Part shown: one piece after another, positions 59,717-64,000 of the stretch
How positions within the stretch are numbered: position 1 is the stretch's first letter
Layout of the letters: every line of letters starts with the position of its first letter
NCBI GenBank assembly: GCA_963825865.1
Contig: CAWGVG010000015.1
Location: 151,569-215,568 of the forward strand
Direction: 5' to 3'
DNA length: 64,000 nucleotides
Source: an uncultured Nitrososphaeraceae archaeon
GTDB taxonomy: Archaea > Thermoproteota > Nitrososphaeria > Nitrososphaerales > Nitrososphaeraceae
Position numbers and translations under genes: made by a program
Notes under the pieces: generated by a model
What the model was told of the DNA's origin: nothing
The model's database searches: none
The model's input: the letters and a program-made list of their open reading frames with translations, nothing else

Positions 59717-60373
59717 CTAAAAGCGTCTTTGTTGTTGTTGCTCTTCTCTTTCTACATGAATCCTAGCAGACGAAGTATCATGTCCAGCTCCTCTAGCTGT
59801 ATCCCTTGATGCTTGCTCTAATGCTTTTGCGCTGTTAACACCTATTCTAGAAAACTCCTTTGCATTATCTCTTGCATTCTGAACAGATGTCTTGAATGCT
59901 TCTAGGTTTGCAAATATAGTGTTGTTCACTAGTCTAGTTGCAGCTACTGTATTATCTGCAAAGCTGCTAACTATCCTTGCATAGTTGTCAGCCAAATGTC
60001 TTGGAGATACCATCCAGTTTGATGTAAATACTCTGTTTGCCGCCTCTATCTGGGGGAGCCATGCTGACTGCAATGAATTTATAATCTCCTTTTGTGATTC
60101 TAGGTAGTTATCTGCTATCTCTCTAGCTGCTTGAATTGTTTGTTCTTGGTAATCGCTAACTACTTGAGTGTAACGTGGAATGTCTTTTCTTGCCTCATCT
60201 GTTGCTCTTCTAATGTTGTTCTTGGTTTCATCTAATGCTCTGTTAACAGATTGCTGTTGTTCTTGCTGCACCTGTGATGTTGTAGTAGTGGTACTTGTTG
60301 TTGATGATGATGATGGTGTTACTGTCGTTGTCTCTTCTTGTCTTTCTCTTCTTTGGTCTTTTGTTGTTGACAT
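59717..60373 (-). CDS. Conserved helical Q/N/A-rich protein (phasin-like?)
   Basis: VNRALDETKNNIRRATDEARKDIPRYTQ..YQEQTIQAAREIADNYLESQKEII; all-helical amphipathic pattern. Confidence 0.7.
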   Translation of the reverse strand: MSTTKDQRRERQEETTTVTPSSSSTTSTTTTTSQVQQEQQQSVNRALDETKNNIRRATDEARKDIPRYTQVVSDYQEQTIQAAREIADNYLESQKEIINSLQSAWLPQIEAANRVFTSNWMVSPRHLADNYARIVSSFADNTVAATRLVNNTIFANLEAFKTSVQNARDNAKEFSRIGVNSAKALEQASRDTARGAGHDTSSARIHVEREEQQQQRRF

Positions 60374-60569
60374 GAGTACCATAGGTCCTCTAAGGTATAT
60401 AAATGATGGCATTTTATGGCATTAAATACCATATAAGACCACTAACTTACATAATTAAACATGGTAGGCTCTATATACACTCTACATCTTGTCAGGTGAA
60501 GGATTAGCAAAGAATGTAGACTAAGCCAGTCTTGACAATAAGAAAAAAGAAGCAGGAAAACAACTAATT

Positions 60570-60931
60570 AGCATTTTGTCATGTTATATTACTTACTGCT
60601 TGTAATATTACTGCTCGCCTGCGATAGCTGCATTTGTTTTTGTTATTAAAGATATATACATTGACTTAGTTTGATTTCTTTTACTTTTTTGACAAACTCA
60701 TAGCCATTCATAGCTGGCATTCTAATATCAGAAATTACTATACAGTAATCTTTGAAATTTGAATAAAGTGTTCTAATGTTGCACAGAGCTCTGTAAAAGC
60801 AGATACTCTGAAACCTTGCTTTTGTAAAGAGTGCTTTATTAGATTGACAATGTCGATTTCATCATCAAGTGCCAAAATAGATGTATGATTATTACTATTA
60901 CCATTGTTAGCTCTAATTTTCCTTCTGTCAA
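60570..60931 (-). pseudogene. Response regulator receiver domain, frameshifted
   Basis: Manual translation ILALDDEIDIVNLIKHSLQKQGFRVSAFT..VISDIRMPAMNGYEFVKKVKE. Confidence 0.8.
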
Positions 60932-61048
60932 TTTATTGAATATATCTGCTTGTAAAGAGTCATGCGATTCATAGTTATCTCAGATGATTTTGAGATAAAC
61001 TCCAATCAGTCCTGAACAGCCCAGCCCTTATTTTAATTACCTTGATCT

Positions 61049-61489
61049 TTAGTTGTAACCTAATTTTGATTTTATTATTCCGGTCAACTTTTGTAATTCT
61101 ATCGGCTTTCTAATAAAACAATCCACTTCTAATTTTGGAAATAATATTCCAAGGTCTTTTTGATACTCTTCATCATATGCGGTGACAAAACATACCTTGA
61201 CGTTATTGTCCACATCTTTGATCCTTTGACATAATTCAAGACCATTCATACCTGGCATTCTAATGTCAAGAAGTAACAGACCATATATACCAGCTTTGTA
61301 ATTTGATAATGCCAATAAAGGATTGTTGAACACATCTACAGCAAAACCAAAACGTTCTAAACTCATCTTAAATAATGTCGTAATATCTAAGTCATCATCT
61401 ACTATTAGAATTCTGTTATGAGGGAGAGTTGAAGGAGAAGGAGTAGAAGTAGCTGTGTCTGTTCTTGAAGTATTACTTGATGAAGTCAT
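61049..61489 (-). CDS. Stand-alone response regulator receiver
   Basis: ILIVDDD, LLDIRMPGMNG, FVTAY, FIRKP. Confidence 0.93.
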   Translation of the reverse strand: MTSSSNTSRTDTATSTPSPSTLPHNRILIVDDDLDITTLFKMSLERFGFAVDVFNNPLLALSNYKAGIYGLLLLDIRMPGMNGLELCQRIKDVDNNVKVCFVTAYDEEYQKDLGILFPKLEVDCFIRKPIELQKLTGIIKSKLGYN

Positions 61490-62159
61490 GTAAGTCAGTT
61501 TTAGCATCAGGCCGGATTTGATGATTAAAGGGAGAAATAGAATGTCCTTGGCCAACATCATGTGTTTGTTTTATCAATTCCTTTTCTGTAATGATAATAA
61601 CATTGATACAATATGTTTGCTTTATTTTCGAAATCTTCTTTGATTCTTTTTATACTATTGTAGTATTTAGTCGTAATGGTCTCTTGAAGTAGCACAAGTA
61701 AAAAATTATCAAAAATCAATTAAGGTTATTAAAATATTCTTAAACTTACAGATGTCGAAGTTGTTCATTTATTCAATGGCAAACTAAATGCAAAAAGAAA
61801 CTTTATTATTTCTAATGTCATCATTACTACTATACTATTTTCATCAGCCCATACCTTCACTTCATGAGCTTCAATTATTCGTCTTGACAGATACGTTCCC
61901 ACACTATCTAATGTCCACTAAAGCATCCAAGAACTATTCCCTATCCTGATAGATTAACACCCACTGTTAGATCATTTAGTGAAATCTAAAATTACCATAT
62001 TACTATTAGTCTTAGTTGAAATTTAATTAGTTGTTTATTCTTAGATTATCTTAAATGATGATAACATAAAAACAAACTGTAGTATTAAAACAGTATAATG
62101 TTTTATTGAATTTCTATATAAGCCATATTAATTATCCATTGTAATGACATAACTAAAAT

Positions 62160-63222
62160 ATGGTTGATGTAGACAGTCATAAGTCCATATCTGAAGAAAT
62201 GCCTACATCAAAGACAGAAGAATTAATTTTAAAAACAACACAATTAAAACAATCAGTGACTCTCTTTTAGTTGCAAATGAGGAACTTAAATTAAGGACAG
62301 AAAAATTAGATAACTCAAACCAGGCTTTATTTGAATCAAACCAGGAACTTGCTTTAGTGAACAAAGAACTTGCCACAACTAATAAACGATTTGCAGAAAC
62401 TAACAAAAGATTTGCTGAAGTGAATAATGAACTTACATCTGCCAATAAACAACTTGGAGTAGTTAATCAAGAACTTGCTTTAGCTAATGAACAGATAAAA
62501 TTACACGATGAGACGATGACAGATTTTATCAACATAGCATCCCACGAGTTGAGATCACCTACACAATCTATTATTGGGTATTCTGAATTATTACAGTTGT
62601 CCTTTGAAGATGGTAAACAAGATGATCAAACTAAGAAGGCTTTGGAGGCAATCCTTAGAAATGCAAATAGACTTGAGAGATTGGCAAAAGATATACTTGA
62701 TGTTTCCAAAATTGATAGTCATAGATTGACACTTAATAAAGAACTATTCAACTTAAATGAAAAGATAAAGTATGTAGTAGATGATATTACAAACCAAATA
62801 AAAAAAAATAGTAGCAATAATAGCGTCGATAATAATAATATACAAATAATTTTCAAATCAAAAGAATCAAATGATATCTTCGTAGACGCCGATGAAAAAA
62901 AGATATACCAAGTGATTTCAAATCTACTTGTAAATGCTGTTAAATTTACAAAAACAAGGAACAATATCTATTACAATAGGTAAAGACGGACAAAAGAGAA
63001 GTTATTGTTAAGATAAAGGACACAGGTAATGGTATACCTACTCATCTTTTACCAAAACTTTTCTCAAAATTTACTACAGATTCTCCAGAAGGTATTGGTT
63101 TAGGATTGTATATATCTAAAAGTATAGTTGAATCTCATGGTGGAAGGATGTGGGCTGAGATAATAATTTGAAAGGAGAGAAAGGATACATTTGCGTTCAG
63201 CCTCCCAAATATGAATAATTGA
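62160..63222 (+). CDS. Histidine kinase with N-terminal Asn-rich coiled coil (frameshifts)
   Basis: Heptads NQELALV/NKELATT/NKRFAET; IASHELRSP, NLLVNAVKF, KDTGNGI, GIGLGLYISKSIVESHGG. Confidence 0.9.
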
Positions 63223-64000
63223 AAAATAATTCTATACACAAGTTATTTTGCCATTCGCTGAGACAAACCTGAACCACGAGCATTTCTTTATGAGAAGACT
63301 GCCGTTTCTGTAGGAAGTCTGAAATGCTGATCGGGCCTTGAACATTATAGACTCCACTTACGACCTTCAGCTTCCATAATAATTTTTTATTAACATGTCC
63401 TTCACATCTATTTAATGTATTCTTACGAAAACAATAAACTTTTAATCCACTAACGCTACAAGAAAAGGTTGCGGTTAGTTCTCCTCCAACGTGATCTTAA
63501 GAATTCAATCACACCTATTATTAGTAGGCGATTGTATAAAGCATGAATTAGATAATATACTTGAATGTGACCTTAGAATACAAATAATATATTCTTTATT
63601 ATATCTTGATTGGTATTTAGAGGATTCTATTGGGTATAGGCCTATCTTTGTGTCATGTTAATCCATATATACAATAGAGGTCTCAAAAAAGCCTATGCAG
63701 GCTTTTATATATTAATAATGCTTATTTGACTATATTCAAGTTGAGGCGTTTTGTCCTACCGTAGTATGTAATAGTTGCTTTTAGATTTGTATGTGCGGGA
63801 TAGTTAGTTTTTTGATATCAATAGATTCATCTTTTCCCTGTTTCCAGCGTTCTTTATTCTGTGCCTAATTTAGGTGAGTCCTTTGGAAGGCATTCAACGG
63901 AGTCGACATCATTATTTCTTTCTAGAGACAAAATCATTAAACCATTCTACGCAAATAGCAGTATAGATAATGGCTAGATATTGAGTTAAGTAGGACTTAT

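Overview
AT-rich archaeal DNA whose gene set points to a soil ammonia-oxidising archaeon of the family Nitrososphaeraceae. The indicators are TFIIB paralogues, PAC2 proteasome chaperone, a thaumarchaeal-type ferredoxin N-terminus, CBS/USP proteins, histidine kinases, and YVTN and Ig-like surface proteins; the assignment rests on family recognition, not a search. The window is accessory genome with no rRNA, tRNA or CRISPR array visible. Many genes carry single-base frameshifts and there are two long poly-A tracts, so the assembly is probably unpolished long-read data and many 'pseudogene' calls are provisional. Real content includes signalling and metal-uptake genes (class III cyclase, MntH with a DtxR-like box, NikR plus NiCoT) and IS5, IS6 and IS630 elements with TIRs and TSDs, plus an IS630-derived miniature element. 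There is also a dense patchwork of gene fragments. The two most interesting signals are (1) a 9.4-12.1 kb cluster of four paralogous 'MNN(T)' secreted-peptide cassettes that share a conserved upstream motif and are interleaved with two complementary halves of an RHH(-FUN14) unit, and (2) scattered parts of what may be one uncharacterised mobile-element family (tyrosine integrases, PolB exonuclease, terminase-like ATPase, HTH proteins) with no capsid gene in view.
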